A stretch of DNA of 64,000 nt, taken from positions 3,720,001 through 3,784,000 of the forward strand of contig JBLDXI010000054.1 of NCBI GenBank assembly GCA_047495785.1, given 5' to 3'. This DNA comes from Lepidodermella squamata. Taxonomy: Eukaryota > Animalia > Gastrotricha. The stretch's first letter is position 1. The number at the start of each line of letters is the position of its first letter. Shown here in pieces: positions 12,658-25,942 of this stretch. The translations under genes and the position numbers were made by a program. Under the pieces are notes generated by a model. The model saw only the letters and a program-made list of their open reading frames with translations. It was not told the origin of the DNA and did not search any database.

Positions 12658-13307
12658 CTACTGGCTCGCCGCTTGTCTCAGAAGGTCGAAAAATGCAGAC
12701 CAAACTGAGCAAATAAAATCCAAGTCGTACTTTGCAGTAATACTGCAATCAACGATAGCCGTTGCATCATCGCCTCTGAGAATGCCAGCTAGTCTCGTTA
12801 TAACAACTGACTCCATGACGCGTAAGCCGCCGGTCATCAGTTCGCGGGACACGCCTTTGATCAATTGGTGTTGCCTGACCATTTGGGAAAAATAAGCCTC
12901 ACAGGCGCCAGGTTTGTCCACGCGTAAAATGCATCGCTCGATGCCGCTTAAAAAATTAGTACCGAGAGCACGAATGTGCCAACGACAATCATCTCGGATT
13001 TTCGCAGCTTTAAATATATCGATCGCCTCTGGCATCTGTAAAGAAATTCTGAAAAGCAATACGCACTATATGAAATGGTGATTCGATTTGATTACGCTTA
13101 CTCATCAACGAGTTGGACAGCCAAGCTGTCACTTAGCTTTTTCAGCAGATCGAAAGACAATCTGAGGGCTTCTATCTCCCTTTGTCCTAAGTCGAGGTGC
13201 TTTTTCGATGGTGACTGAGGAGCAGGTGTAACCATTTGAATAACTTCCCCCGATGAAACGACCTGGCATGGGGTCATTTTGAAAGGTGTCATCACGCAGG
13301 AACCCAT
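12658..13307 (-). CDS. Globin 2, predicted N-acylated (MGSC)
   Basis: LGQREIEALRLSF; phase-2 B-helix intron ~13101-13049; PEAIDIF (CD1 Phe); FLSGIERCILRVD; MVRQH (proximal His); WSAFF. Confidence 0.8.
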
Positions 13308-13947
13308 AACTTTTCAAGACTGATAAAAATCCTTTAAAGGATTATAGCTTCATGTATGTTTTAGCAATGATGTAGACTAACATCAGCCCCGTCTCAACAT
13401 GAAATGCAACACTAATAGCGTCCGCTCCAGTGTTGCCAGATATTATTTCCTTCCCGTATCACCTCAAAATCGACAGGATTCCGGCTGAAGATGACTTTAA
13501 AATTAGCAGCCTCTCGCTCTTTAGATGCGTCTTCAGCTGCTTTTACTGGCAAGAGTTCCACGCATCCGCCTTGATGATGTCAGGCCTGGTATATTTACAG
13601 GGGGCGATGTTTGCCGGCATATAATTGATTATTGATGAAACTGTTCGTGACAGCCCTGGCTGCTTCTAGTACCTGTTCAGGAACAGTAAATCAGTAAATG
13701 TCTGTGAACATCTTTTAAAAAGGGTGGACATTTGCCGCGCTATATATGTTCAAGCGGCGTCATACATGTAAACCTGAGTGGACATTAAAGACAATGTTCA
13801 CAATTCACGGAAAATTAGCTCGGCTTTACTTAGTGACGTGAACCCAACCTATAAAATCGCGAAGCGTACTACGACGAACTCACTACCATCAGTTAACGGG
13901 ATAGTTGATATTAACGGAGACAATATGAACAATTCATGCAATGAATA

Positions 13948-14630
13948 TCAAGTCCGTGGAGTTTTGGCGTGGCCCAACTTGTAATTCACCAAGTTGAAGA
14001 ATTTTCGCCACGCGTTGCACAGCGTGCATTGGGGGTATGAATCCGTGTAGCGCCCACTTTCGTTAGTTTCGCAGGAGAATTCGCTATTGCAATCGTTGAT
14101 ATCGGTATGATGACGGCGTTGAATGTGAAGAAGAATTATCGGCATTGATATTGTAAGAGCAGTCTGCATCATCTCACGGGGTACATGCATCACCCTTTCG
14201 TGCTTTGTCACCAGGGTGTTGAAGAAGTTGTCCATGTACTCAGGATGTTCAAGTCGAAGTAAACACCGCTCCAGACCACTTAGCAAGATTATTCCAAGAC
14301 CCAGTTGCTCCCAGTTATCCATTTTGCTATAAAAGCCGGATTTGGCGGCTTGAATTATTGGCACGACGTCTGGTCTTGCTGTTGCAATGCTGAGAAAATC
14401 AGCAAAACTAAAAATGATCATGTCCTCGAAAATTCGACTTACCCTTGTAACGCTTCCAAGGCAACAAGGTCACGCTCCCGCTTGAGATCTTCGAAAGATG
14501 CTCTCAACAAGAAGATTTCCTCCTCGCTGAAATCCGACGATTTCGGCTCGTTTATCTCGTCCTGAAATCCCGTCGGCTTAGTACAGCTTAGCATCTTCTT
14601 CTTGATATTATGGCTCGGTATGCTGCCCAT
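13948..14630 (-). CDS. Globin 3, predicted N-myristoylated (MGSIPS)
   Basis: FSEEEIFLLRASF; phase-2 B-helix intron ~14442-14390; LLSGLERCLLRLE; LVTKH (proximal His); AWRKFF. Confidence 0.8.
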
Positions 14631-17600
14631 CTTACATTTAACTGTCACAGACCAGATTTTACAATGATCAAAGATTTACAAGAATTGGCTTACGTCTTGT
14701 GCAAAGAAAGCTCATTCCATGCAAGCTTGTTTAAAATTATTCTACATGGAAATGAAATGGAAAATCAGTAGCGAATAATATTTAAAATTGTATAAAGGGC
14801 ATAGTTTTCTGTTAACTATTTTCAACTCAGGGTGACTTATGATGCCTGCTAGAATAGAACATGTTCTGGGTTTAGGGACTCGCAAAGTCCGCTCCTGAAT
14901 CACCAGCAACTTTTTCTTGCGTGGATAAAACTGGTAAGGTTTTACATGGATAAAAATGTTCAATTTTTTTTCTTAAAATAAAGACTGCCGCAAATTTGAT
15001 AGAAATTTGTTTCGAGATGATTAGCGCACAGTCTCAAAATATTGTTTAAAATATTGACTTTGAGCGCGCTAACATAAATTCAATTATCATCATTTCGATT
15101 CCAAAATTGCGCTAGTTACCAGACGACACAATTACGGCGGCGCCTATGTGAGCTCTGAGAGCCTTTGCTCTGAGTGTCTAACCTAATAAATTAAATAATG
15201 CGTGTCATGTGAGTCTCGGTTCGTCGGTTATGTATCCTATTTAACTGTCGGAATGATAAATGAAACGAACTCAACGATAGCAGTAATAGAGCCTTTTCAT
15301 GCAGCGCGCGCCTTTTTGTTGGCCCGGCAATTTTCGCCGTTGCGGCGCGTCAAGTGCGACAACGCAGAGTCCGTGAACATTGCGCGACGAAGGAATTGTA
15401 AATGGGCGACAAATCGCGCTAGGCATAAGTCCGTAAACCCCTGTTTCACTACCAGTGTCGACTTGTTAAGTCTCTGAAATCCAACGGAAGCCTTCGTGGC
15501 CAAAAAACTTCAAGCTGATGTTTAGTAAATCTACAAGGAACGCGATTTATTTGAGGATATATAGTTCCCAAGGGAAAAGAAGGAACCAATTGTTACGGTT
15601 ATTGATTTTTACATGCACGCTTTATACAGCGGATCTTGCCAAATGAAATCAATTAATCTGAGGCAAAAAATGATCTGAAAAGACAAGGTACCAGGTACCA
15701 GTTGTGGGCATATCAAAGGCTCATACCACAGTTATGCTACCAAATCCCCTGTCTCACCGCGAGAAATCGATGCTCTTTTCCTACAGCAAAAAACTCGCAA
15801 ACAATGCTGATGACAACACGGGAGTTCATCGTAATAGAAAATCTGATTATGGATATGCGTTCCTTCCTACTTCTTATGCATTCTCTAATTGGGCTTTTGT
15901 TTGCAGGTTACGGCATCAACCCACGGTAAGGTAGTGGAGCACTAAAATGAGAACGCGGTAAATCATCGCGAAAAAGCAAACTATCAACCAAATCCTCCGA
16001 CCAAGGACTGCCATTCAAAAAAGCAAAATAGCCACGGTTTTCAATACGTCGGCGACTTTGCTTTCAGAGACCTGAGTAACTTTCTGAAATAGTGCCACTG
16101 CTCCATTATTCCTATTAATTGTTATAAGCTCTGTGATTGAAGGTATCTAAAATTTAGCTAGAATAAAGACTGAAGACAAAATGTATAGATAAGCATCACA
16201 CTTGGCGCTAGTAGCGAAAATGATTGGATAGGAAATTGTTAGAATTAATCGATCGAACAATCGGGGTATATAAAGCACCGGTAATTCTCTTGCGCGCACG
16301 TACCTACGAAATTATGGAATCTAGAAAATGCTAGAAAATGTCCTGTATATTATGTCTAGGAGGATGGAACAATGGGCACCATTGCTCAATGAAGCGCGAT
16401 GGATCTTCCGCGAAATCGGAACGCGATGGAAAACAATTTATACTTGGAATGTATCGCAATCGATGATTTTATCCGTATTAACTATGAATCGGCATATACG
16501 TAAGCCGGGAAATTATAATATCGTGTACCATGAAAAATTGCATCGTCATGAAAAAATGGGATTATGGATTATGGCGTCCATCGATTCGTGCAAGCTACAA
16601 TCGAATTGTTATCGTAATCAGTTGAAAACAACAGTTTTCTGTTTCTTTCATTGATGCGGTAGTTGTTAGCTGTAAGAAGGGATGCGTGGGATTTCAGACA
16701 GTCTTTTCTACCGTCGTATCAGGAATATAGGGACTAGGGACAGTTATAATGTTCAATGATGGAATAGACGGTCAAGTTGGTAGCGATGATAATATAAATA
16801 ATCGACAAAATGCGCAAAACAAACCGATAACTCTTGAAAGCTGCAGCCAGGCTGAAGAGAACTTTTAGCCTGAAAATGCATTCCTATAGGACGGGGGAAG
16901 GGACAAGAGAAGAAGGGCTATTATGGCCCGATTTTCGTAAATGGTGAGGGGTTAATGACGTGTAATGCGCTCGCCGTTTCCAGACGAGATTTTAATGAGG
17001 CCCGATTATCATATGATCACTGATTATGACAAAGGATCAATCGAATTTTAAACGCAATTCAAAAAGCAGAAAAGAATAAAGGAGTGTTATTTTTTGACCC
17101 AATGATTTGACCTTGGATACAGGTACATAACAACAGCCACTGTAGTGCATTTCAAGGTTAAAACCTAGGCTATATTAGTGATGAAATTTTTATTAGGTTT
17201 TGACTAGACGACGTCCTAGTACTTGGTATATTTGAATATTTAATACGCGCAACAATCACGAAGGTGACTATAGAATCGATACATTACACGGCGAATCAGC
17301 TTTGATATACCTCGTTAAAAAAGGCTCGCGCCTAAAGAAAACATTCGATCCTATACCTTGGGTTTACAGAAATATGTCGATTGCGCCGTGTGAAAGTGTG
17401 GAAAAGAACATAATTCGGAAGAAATCGTTTCATTAATGCGTTCACGCTCATTTATGAGATCAGAGTTCAGCTTTGACACTCAGGCGGACGTCGCCTTAGC
17501 GTCCCGCGGATATTATAATAAAGGTATTTCAGTGTACGCGTAGGCAGTGTGAGGAGAGCAGCTGAGTGCCTTTTTTCGTGATTTAGCCGTCATGTTTATT

Positions 17601-18674
17601 GCATCATTGTTATAACAATAAAATACAGCTGATTACTCTTCTTTTTGTCAGTTGTTACTCATCGTCTCAGCTATCAGAAATCAGGAAGCGTAGATAAATC
17701 GATCAAATATGTAGAACATTTTTCCGCTGAAAGGTGTTTTGGCGCATTCCGCGCAGTCGCGTCACTGTGGTTGCGAGGAAACGTGACCTTTTAAATCTAG
17801 GTCGACCGAACGTTGCCATCGTGTGATTTACTGCCATTTAGAGACAAATGATCAGTTTTTTGTAAACAATTAATAAATCATGCTGAAAATTATTGGCGCT
17901 TGAGACCACTATTGTTCTGGTTCATTAGTTTCAATAAGTGCTTCAGCTGATTCAGCAGACGCAGACGTTATCATTTAAAGCCTCTTGTCAGAACGCTGCA
18001 GGTATAAAAATGATAGAAATTAATTACCAAATAATGCACAGGCAATAGTCCAATATGGTCCATTCAATCTTATTAATGAACGCATGATGGATTTTTAATG
18101 CGTGTCCCAACATTGGTTGATGCCCCATGTGAAGCATACTGCAAACCTATAACGATGTGGGCTAGTTGCAGGGCAGCAGCATATGAATTTCTGTGCAACC
18201 ACTCATTCAATCTTCGGATAATTCGTCCGCCCAGTACAAATTTTATCGATTTAGCTGGGCATGTGGCCGCGAGCTAATTATGTCAGTGGCGTGCAGGCGG
18301 AAGGAAAGGCTGTATCTTGAATAAAAAGATCGCGCTAAAAGAAAATGACATATAGGGTATGGATGTTTTAAAGGCTTTGATTGAACCTGCCCTGTAGCGC
18401 ATGCTGCCCTACGCGACATGATTGAAGCGTGGAGCTTGGACCGTATAGCTGCAGTGGATATGTTTTCAACACTTGAACGGACGTTGAGCTAATAATAAAA
18501 ACGTTGAATGCCGCTTGTTTTCAACCCCTCCGTTAACACGTGAGAAATAAAAATAAGATAAAACGTGATGTTGTGCCAAATTTGAGATCGATGTTGATGC
18601 TTCCTAATTGCTGATAGACAAATCTTGAATTCTAAGTTTCAAAGCACATGCAGCTTAACAATAACTTGTCAACT

Positions 18675-21307
18675 ATGCAGATTTTCAAGTTAACAGTTTT
18701 CCTTGTGGTGTTGTTGCTGCGCATCGACAGGTTTATTCACAGCAGCAATTTGGAGAAAAAATACATCCTAAGGCTTCCGATTGTCGCACCAATCGGAGGA
18801 AGAGTCAACCCTATGGGTGATATCTGCACAGAGAGCGTCGACATGTTGCAAAGTCGGGTTAACCAGCAAAATGAACTATTGACAAATTACAACGTGATAT
18901 TCGACATAATTGACGACGAATGCGTTGACTCCGTCGGATTGCGGAGAGTTCTGCCTGAGATGGAAAACTGGAAATCAGTATCTCTAATCAACTCATCCAC
19001 TGTTGATCCGTGGATCACTAGACTACCACGCTCGTCTATGGCTGGAGCTACCAGTTATACCCCTCCCCTGCTAGTCGGGGCAATTTGTTCTGCTGTTTGC
19101 AAAGCGATCGGAAGATTGCCACAGCATTTCAACCTGATAAACGTAAGGCATATTTGACGTAACTTGAATAGTCTAACGGCTTTTGTTTCCAGATCGCTAC
19201 GGCTTGTATAGACCCTGCGTTGAACGATCGCCGCCGCTATCCTAATTTCTACCGTCTGTACAGATCGGTCAGTGAAACTTCCTTCGCCAGAGTGGATTTA
19301 ATTGCAACGATGGGTTGGACGAAATTTGCGATTCTGAGTGACACCACGCAGTACACATACCAGGTAGGCTAGCTGAATTCAGCACGTTTTGGCACGGAGA
19401 ACGGTGTTGAGTCTCATTTCATTGCCTTATACAGGACACCCTTTTCTTTATGAAAACCGTGCATCAGTACAACCTCGAGATAGCTGCTGAAGAGTTCTTC
19501 CAAGACGATCCCACCGAAGCTATCGTTCGCCTGAAATCAAGTGGGGCAAGAATAATTTTCGCCATCTGCTACGTGAATGTCTGCCCGGCTATTGCATGCG
19601 CTGTATGTTTACTTCCATCATTTCCCTGACCTTATAATGAAATCAAATTAGGCGTTCAAGCAAAACTACTACGGCCCAACAGTGGTTTGGATCTTCAACA
19701 GCGAGGTTGATCTCTTGAGTAGGAAGATAAACCGACCACCTGGCTGCGAGCCCTGGATGACCGACAAATTCATCGAGGGCAGCTTGTTCATGGGCATTGA
19801 CCTGACCGCAACATCGATAGCCAAAAACCACAGATCGGAGCTCGGATTCTCTGCTGATGAAGTTACCAATTACATTAAACAAAAATCACCGAATGCGCTG
19901 TCCACAGGCGCATCCGAGTGGCGACTACTTTGCTTCGAACTTGCTCACAACGCCGTTTACATCACGGATAAAGTCGAGAGGCAGTTGAGCAGGAGGGGCG
20001 AAACCCTCGCAACAGTTATCGGCAATCCAGAACGAGTGACCGAATTGAGGGAGATGTTCAGAGACGCTACTTTGTCGCTGGACATCAAAGCAACGTGGGG
20101 CCGCAGTACTTTTCAGGAAAACTCAACGCTACTGCCTCTGGCATACTCTAGTCCTCTGATGATGGTCCAGCAGGTGCAAGGTGGTTCCAGGAAGGGAATC
20201 CTCGTCAAAGCTCAGGCTTCGTTCGAACTAATCCAGCAGACAGATCGCTTTATTTGGACCACTTCAACTGGCCGTGCCCCGATGAGCGAACCAGTCGTAA
20301 CTGAGGAGCAACTTGGCATCTCAACAGCAGCTGTTGTTGCTACGAAGGCTGTCGTTGCACTCTTCACAGCTTACTCTTCTTGTGTCAAAATCATGTTGGT
20401 TTACTACCGTAACAGTAATGGTTACATCGACACCTTAGTCCCATTCAACGTCGCTACACTACTAGGGGGCATATTGGCATCAATAAGTGTTTTCATTTAT
20501 CCGAACATCAAAGGCGACGCCGCACAAATGGCTGCATTCTGTAGGACCTTGCCGGCCCTTTTAGCTTTTAGTTTGACGCTAACATTCGGCGGAATCGTCC
20601 TGAAAATTATGGCTACTGCGATTTTCCAAGTCGGCCAAGGCCCTGTTAGTCGTTTCCCAATAATTCAGAGGCGCCTCATACTGTTAGCCGTGTGCTGGCT
20701 TTGCATCACCTTCGGCCTCGTCATGCGATTCAGCCTCGGACAAGACGATCCTACCGTAGCCATTGGGATAAAGATGCCTGATTCTCAAGAAGCTCTGCTA
20801 GCCGAGAATGTCACGCGCAAATTGTGGCTCACGTGCTCAACAGATGATTTCACTTTAGGATGGGCTATTCTCGCTCTTCACGGCATTTCTGCGATTATAG
20901 CAGTATTTGTCTCGATTATCACCAAGTCTTTGAAAGAAAGGGCAATCATATCAGATCTGAACATCGTTAAAATATGTTTATACGCCTTGTTCCCGGCAAA
21001 TATAGCTTTGCTACTTGCTACAGTAGTTATCTCTCACGAGGATGCGCATTTCATTGTTCTATCCTGCTTTGCATGCTGTCAATGTGTAGTACCAGCCAGT
21101 GGCTTTTTATACTGGAAGGTAACGGGCAAGGAGCACATCACCATCGTGAGTTATCTCTCATCTTATAATTGAAATTAATGAACTTTGGACAAATTCTAGG
21201 TAATGAAGTCATACGCCCGGTCTCAAACGCAGCCTCGCACTCGATTCAATTCTGTCGGGCGAACTTACAACCTAGAACCAGTTCGCGCCAGAACATTTAC
21301 AAAGTGA
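18675..21307 (+). CDS. GABA-B-type class C GPCR #3 (more divergent)
   Basis: Signal peptide; VFT motifs LLTNY..DDEC, GAICSAVC, LNDRRRYPNFYR, MGWTKFAIL, LKSSGARII. Introns 19143-19192, 19364-19434, ~19603-19651 and ~21119-21199. TM region includes LTFGGIVLK. Confidence 0.85.
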
Positions 21308-21714
21308 AATTATTATGACCAGAAGAGACTCAATCAAGCTTCGAGCGGCTCAATGGTCCAATGCCGATCATTATAGCCGAGATCGTGGGCAATCGCAAGC
21401 CTCTATAATATAGCTGCTTTAATCGTTGTTTTCTCTATTCAATTAGTGCCGCTGGCGACATCAGATGGAAGATATAGAGTAGACTCAATATTAGCTTCGA
21501 AAATCCTGAGTAGTTTCGCAGTTTCGAGTCATTAAACGTGTGCACATCAAATGACTAATGACTCGAAACCGCAAGACTATGCAAAACTAACCGAGATTTT
21601 CTATGTTAATTACATTAATTGAGTCCATACTCTATACCCTCCATATGATTTCACCGGCTATCGGTTTGATTACTAATTATTGCTTTCTATCTTTTTTTAT
21701 TCTCATTTTTATGA

Positions 21715-22063
21715 GGCCCTCTGCGACATTTGCGCCAAAGGCATTTGCGCCAAGACATTTGCGCCAACGACAACTGAGCCAATTATAAATTAAATCTCAT
21801 TTAGCTATGATCATTGGCTATGCGAGCGGAGCGAGCATGCCCAGCTCGACTTCTATAGTGTTTAATGTCTCCATTATATTTAAATAATAATAATGATAAT
21901 AAATAAAATAAATTTGGCTCTGTTGTCGTTGGCGCAAACGTCGTTTCAGCACTTTATTTTGGCTCAAATGTCCTTTTAAAAATTTGGCTGAGTTGTCTTT
22001 GGCGCAAATGTCTGGCTGAGTTGTCGCTTGGCTCAGCTCAGTTGGCACAAATGTCGTAGAACC
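21715..22063. mobile_element. Foldback/MITE with arrays of a GACA(T/A)(T/C)TG(C/A)GCCAA subterminal motif
   Basis: Left GGCCCTCTGCGACATTTGCGCCAA versus reverse complement of the right end GGTTCTACGACATTTGTGCCAA. About 4 motif copies on the left and 6-7 inverted on the right. Flanks TGA/TTA. Confidence 0.7.
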
Positions 22064-22713
22064 TTATGGTGTGCGACTTGGGAGACAGTGAAAAAATAAA
22101 TATATTTTCATCCCAACGTTGTCTTATGATTTTATACCTAGGTGTACCTAGGCAACCAGTCTCTTTCTCTTTCACGTCGGGTTAATTTCTTTAATTTTGA
22201 ATTTTAATCTTTAATATCTTTGATTTTTATATGACACGAAATTAAAAATGAAACTTTAAATTAAAAATAAGTTTTATTCTGCGACAAATATTTTCCTCAA
22301 TTTTTTAGCGCGCTTTTCGCTCGGCAAATTTAGCCCTGATTTAGCAATCAAAATGAAATGCATCTCGCAATTGCCAGATTATTTTGGCACGAAGCCATGA
22401 ATCAGAAACGTGACTGATAGCGTATCTGTCATATCGATGAGCCATTTCATCTAGGACTGGTTGCCTATGACGCTGGTGAAAAAATTATTAACATTTTGAT
22501 TTTGAAACAAAATATAAGCGTCGAATAAAACCGAGAAAAGCATGCCTCCAGCTCTATTGATTTCTGCCAGAAATGTCGACATGCTCTTAATATCGATCGG
22601 AGCTTCTATTTTATTCGTTTGCTTTAAAGGGAAAATTGTCATCATTTAGCATTCAGTATTCACCATGTTTTTCCTACGGCGAACGAGACACTGAGAGCAA
22701 AAAACTGCGCAAT

Positions 22714-23384
22714 ATGATTACAAATAGCAATAACGCCAGGCTTAACCTATCGCCGTCGACTACCGAAATCAGCCATCCTATATCGCCTAATCGAACCAAA
22801 CCCGAAGGTAAACAAGTCACTTTCGCCTATGAAGCCGCTACCGAGCCGACGCGATGCGTTCACAATCGATCAGGCCTGCACCTTCACTGGCAGACGCCGA
22901 TTAAAATCTGGCTACCTGTCTTCGCCTTCTTCCTATGCATTTTCGCCATGCTGCTTTACAAGTGTATCAGCCGCCTTAGCCAGCTCGATACGTTGAATGA
23001 CAGCATAGATTTCGATGTTGTCATCAACAGGGCAAAGGCGAACAGGTCGACACCGCCTCCCTCGAATTCAACCCGCAAACCCATGGACAGCATCACTGAA
23101 ACGTACTGCAGCTGGGCGTGTCTCTACGGCGGTGTAATGTTCATTGCCGCCGTTGTTCTCGTTCAAGGCTTCATCTTCATGAGGTACCAACGACTTCACT
23201 CACAGCTGAATGAAGTCATTGTCGACGATTCGAGGTCTTCATTTGCGACAAACCACGTAAGGTACTACAGATAATTTTCGAAAAATCACCTAATTAATCT
23301 CGATTTTTCAGGCGTAGTTCGTCATTTTTTATGCCCAATACCGCCCTCAGATCGGTGGCATACCGCAAACATCGGCAAACGTAA
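22714..23384 (+). CDS. Small two-TM membrane protein with N-terminal KQVTF (RVxF-type) motif, unknown family
   Basis: ORF with two hydrophobic helices (IWLPVFAFFLCIFAMLLY; GGVMFIAAVVLVQGFIF). Intron 23262-23311 gives the tail RRSSSFF..HRQT*. Confidence 0.6.
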
Positions 23385-23633
23385 AATTATCTGCTCTCAT
23401 AAATTGCTGTCGTTATTTTAAGTTTTCACGGCTATAAAATGGGTCTTACTTGTAGCGGAACCAAATTTTAAATTTTTAAATTTTAAATTAAATTTAAAAT
23501 TTTTTTATAAAATTAATTTGCCCATATGAGCTTTATCTGACCTGGAAGTTCATGATTAATTCAGAAAAATTCAAATAAATCGCGCCTAAATTCTCCGTAA
23601 TTTTCTGTATAGGACCTAATCCCCACTTTCAGA

Positions 23634-24961
23634 GGGTGCGTTTCTTTATCTCCAACAGAGATGAAATTATTAACAAAACAAGCCATAAACAGACCATTTC
23701 TTTATTTCTGTTGAAATTATTAGTTCAACAGGAAAGCATTTCTTTATTATGATTATTGTTGGAGCTACTATAATAATCAGCCAGCGTTTCATTCATTAAA
23801 CATGTTTTTTGCCCAAAATTATCAACAACTCGCCGAGTCGTTTTTGGAGCGATTTTTTTTAAGTCGCACGCATCAAGGCCCCGGCCAACGAAGGCATAAT
23901 AAGAAAAATAACTGATTTTCTGCAAGTTTTTTCCAAGTTATGCTTGATGATTCATTATGCCAAGCAACAAACCCATTACGGGGGTGCGACATTTCAGCTG
24001 GCGACAAAACTGCAGACAATTTTTTTGATATGAATTGAAAATGTGCCAAGAATATTACGAGTGCAAAATAGTGCGAAATCGTTATTCGGCGACATTTGCG
24101 CTGGTGACAGTCCAGCAAGGGACATATAAGTCTTAATTGGCAGACAAAATGCGAGCTCAGTTTAAATACAAGTTCGGATCAAATTTATCAAATTCTGATG
24201 ACATTTCGGCCAATTTGCCTTATTGTTGTCAGCTGAAGTGTCGTCAAATAATTAACATTTATTTACTTTTTTTATTAATTGGTCAGTAACGATACGGATC
24301 ATAGTGACCACATTATAATATAAGTGAGGCTACATTGCTTATTTGTCACCTGCGAAAATGTCGCCAAAAAGAGAAATGTTTTATTGCGAGAGAGCTGTCT
24401 CCACCTTTGAGTCTGAAGGGTGGCATTTTTGTCTTGATTTGGCCAAGCGCTTCAAATCGGGCTGATTTGACCCGGCTGAAATGTCGGCACTTATTATCAT
24501 AGGCTATAAGCGCTGATATGCAATATTTCCTGATGATTTCCTATTTCAAAAATTTGACAAATTAACCAATGGAAACATTATGTTCACATTGGGAAACATT
24601 ATGACCCTTCATATCGACTGAAATTTCAGTTGGCCCAAGGCCAAATTATACAACCTGTCTTAATTGAATTTGATACCGATTCTACTGACTTCTCAGGTCG
24701 CCATAGCAGTTATACATAGCTAACCATTTCTTTATCAATTTAATCTAATAACAAAATCAGAGTGTTTCATTTGATAATCGAGATTTTGTTAATGCAAAAA
24801 ATCGAATAAAGAAATGCCTCTGATTATTGTTTTTGCTAATAACAAAATCAGAATAAAGAAATACGCACTGTTGATTGTTTTTAACATAAATGGATAAAGA
24901 AATGGTCTCTGTTTTTTGCCTTGTTTTCAACAAAATCTGTTGAGAATAAAGAAACGCACCC
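23634..24961. mobile_element. PIF/Harbinger-like MITE with 3-bp TSD (AGA)
   Basis: TIRs GGGTGCGTTTCTTTAT(CT/TC)..CAACAGA at both ends; AGA on both flanks; internal CATTTCTTTAT / ATAAAGAAAT repeats. Confidence 0.8.
23984..24490. mobile_element. Inner foldback element with CGACATTT-type repeats, nested in the 23634-24961 MITE
   Basis: GTGCGACATTTCAGCTGG at the left and CCGGCTGAAATGTCGGCAC at the right. Further GACATTT / AAATGTC copies at ~24090, 24200, 24240 and 24360. Confidence 0.6.
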
Positions 24962-25214
24962 AGAGAAGAACACAGCCGTGGGTCGTGGTCTAAAAAAAAA
25001 TCGAAAATAGCACCTCTCATAATTATGCGTTTGGTGCCAAGCTTACAAATTTGGTTCCGCCAAAAGCTATTCTGTTATAAAATTCAATCAGGATGAAATA
25101 AAAAAAAGACTGTCGGAATCATAAGTTAATTTTTATTGATCGCCGATCAAAATGTCAAATGAGATGAATAACAGCGATATCAGAAAGAAGTGTTATCAAA
25201 GAGGCCTTGATATT

Positions 25215-25542
25215 TTAATGCCATGCAGTGAGATGCCGAACTCGGAGGTCTGAAAAAAAATCAAAGAATAAAGTACAACATAAACGCATAAATATGGCTC
25301 TCACCTTTAATGCGGGAGTTTGTTCTCAAGCTTGCGATCCGACGAGATTTAGTTTTCGGCGTAGTCGGTGCCATTTTCCGCGTTTTAGCGATCGATTTGC
25401 TGGTAATGGTAGTCTTAACGATAGTCGGTGCAACCAGTCGGTTTTGGGCGGCGCTGATCGTAACGACGGTCGTTAATTTGTCAGCAAAACGAACACGTGG
25501 CCGGGTCGAATCTTGGTTTTGTTGAGCAGCAGTAGAAGCCAT
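25215..25542 (-). CDS. Small basic protein with RVRF (PP1-docking-type) motif
   Basis: ATG 25542; 45-nt intron 25294-25250 (gtgaga..tttcag); ends DLRVRHLTAWH*; K/R/T/S-rich. Confidence 0.5.
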
Positions 25543-25942
25543 TGCAGCGTTGTTTAATAAGTATTAGTAGTTACAACACCGGTAAATGAATGAGAATCGC
25601 CGTTTGTTTCTGGTGCGCGCACCGTTTTACGTGAAGTGTTGCGTAACAGGGTGCGTGATCATGCGACACGGAAGCGCCCATCGCACCTCGCCCGGATCTG
25701 CCACCTCGCACACGCTCGCGCGGTGGCAGTGCGTGACCTCATTCATGCGCGACAATAATAGCGACTCGGTAAGAAATAACGACGAAACTTCGCGAAAAAT
25801 TAATAATATACAAGTCTTATCACTTCGTGTTATCAAAAAAGGCTACTACTGAAGATAAGAAAAAGGCAACCGTTTTTGTGTATCTCACTCAATTTTTTAA
25901 CACCCTTTTTCCGCTTCCAGTGTCGTATTCAAGTATAGCGAA

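Larger units (their letters stand above)
23449..25066. mobile_element. Outer TIR element of a nested MITE stack
   Basis: CTTGTAGCGGAACCAAATTT (23449-) is mirrored by AAATTTGGTTCCGCCAAAAG (-25066). TSD not resolved. Confidence 0.45.

Noticed and set aside
16328-16654. 108-aa ORF in the intergenic gap
   Set aside because: No domain similarity or splice support.
21715-22063. CRISPR-like repeat array
   Set aside because: Repeats are short, degenerate and inverted between halves, with no unique spacers; eukaryotic context.
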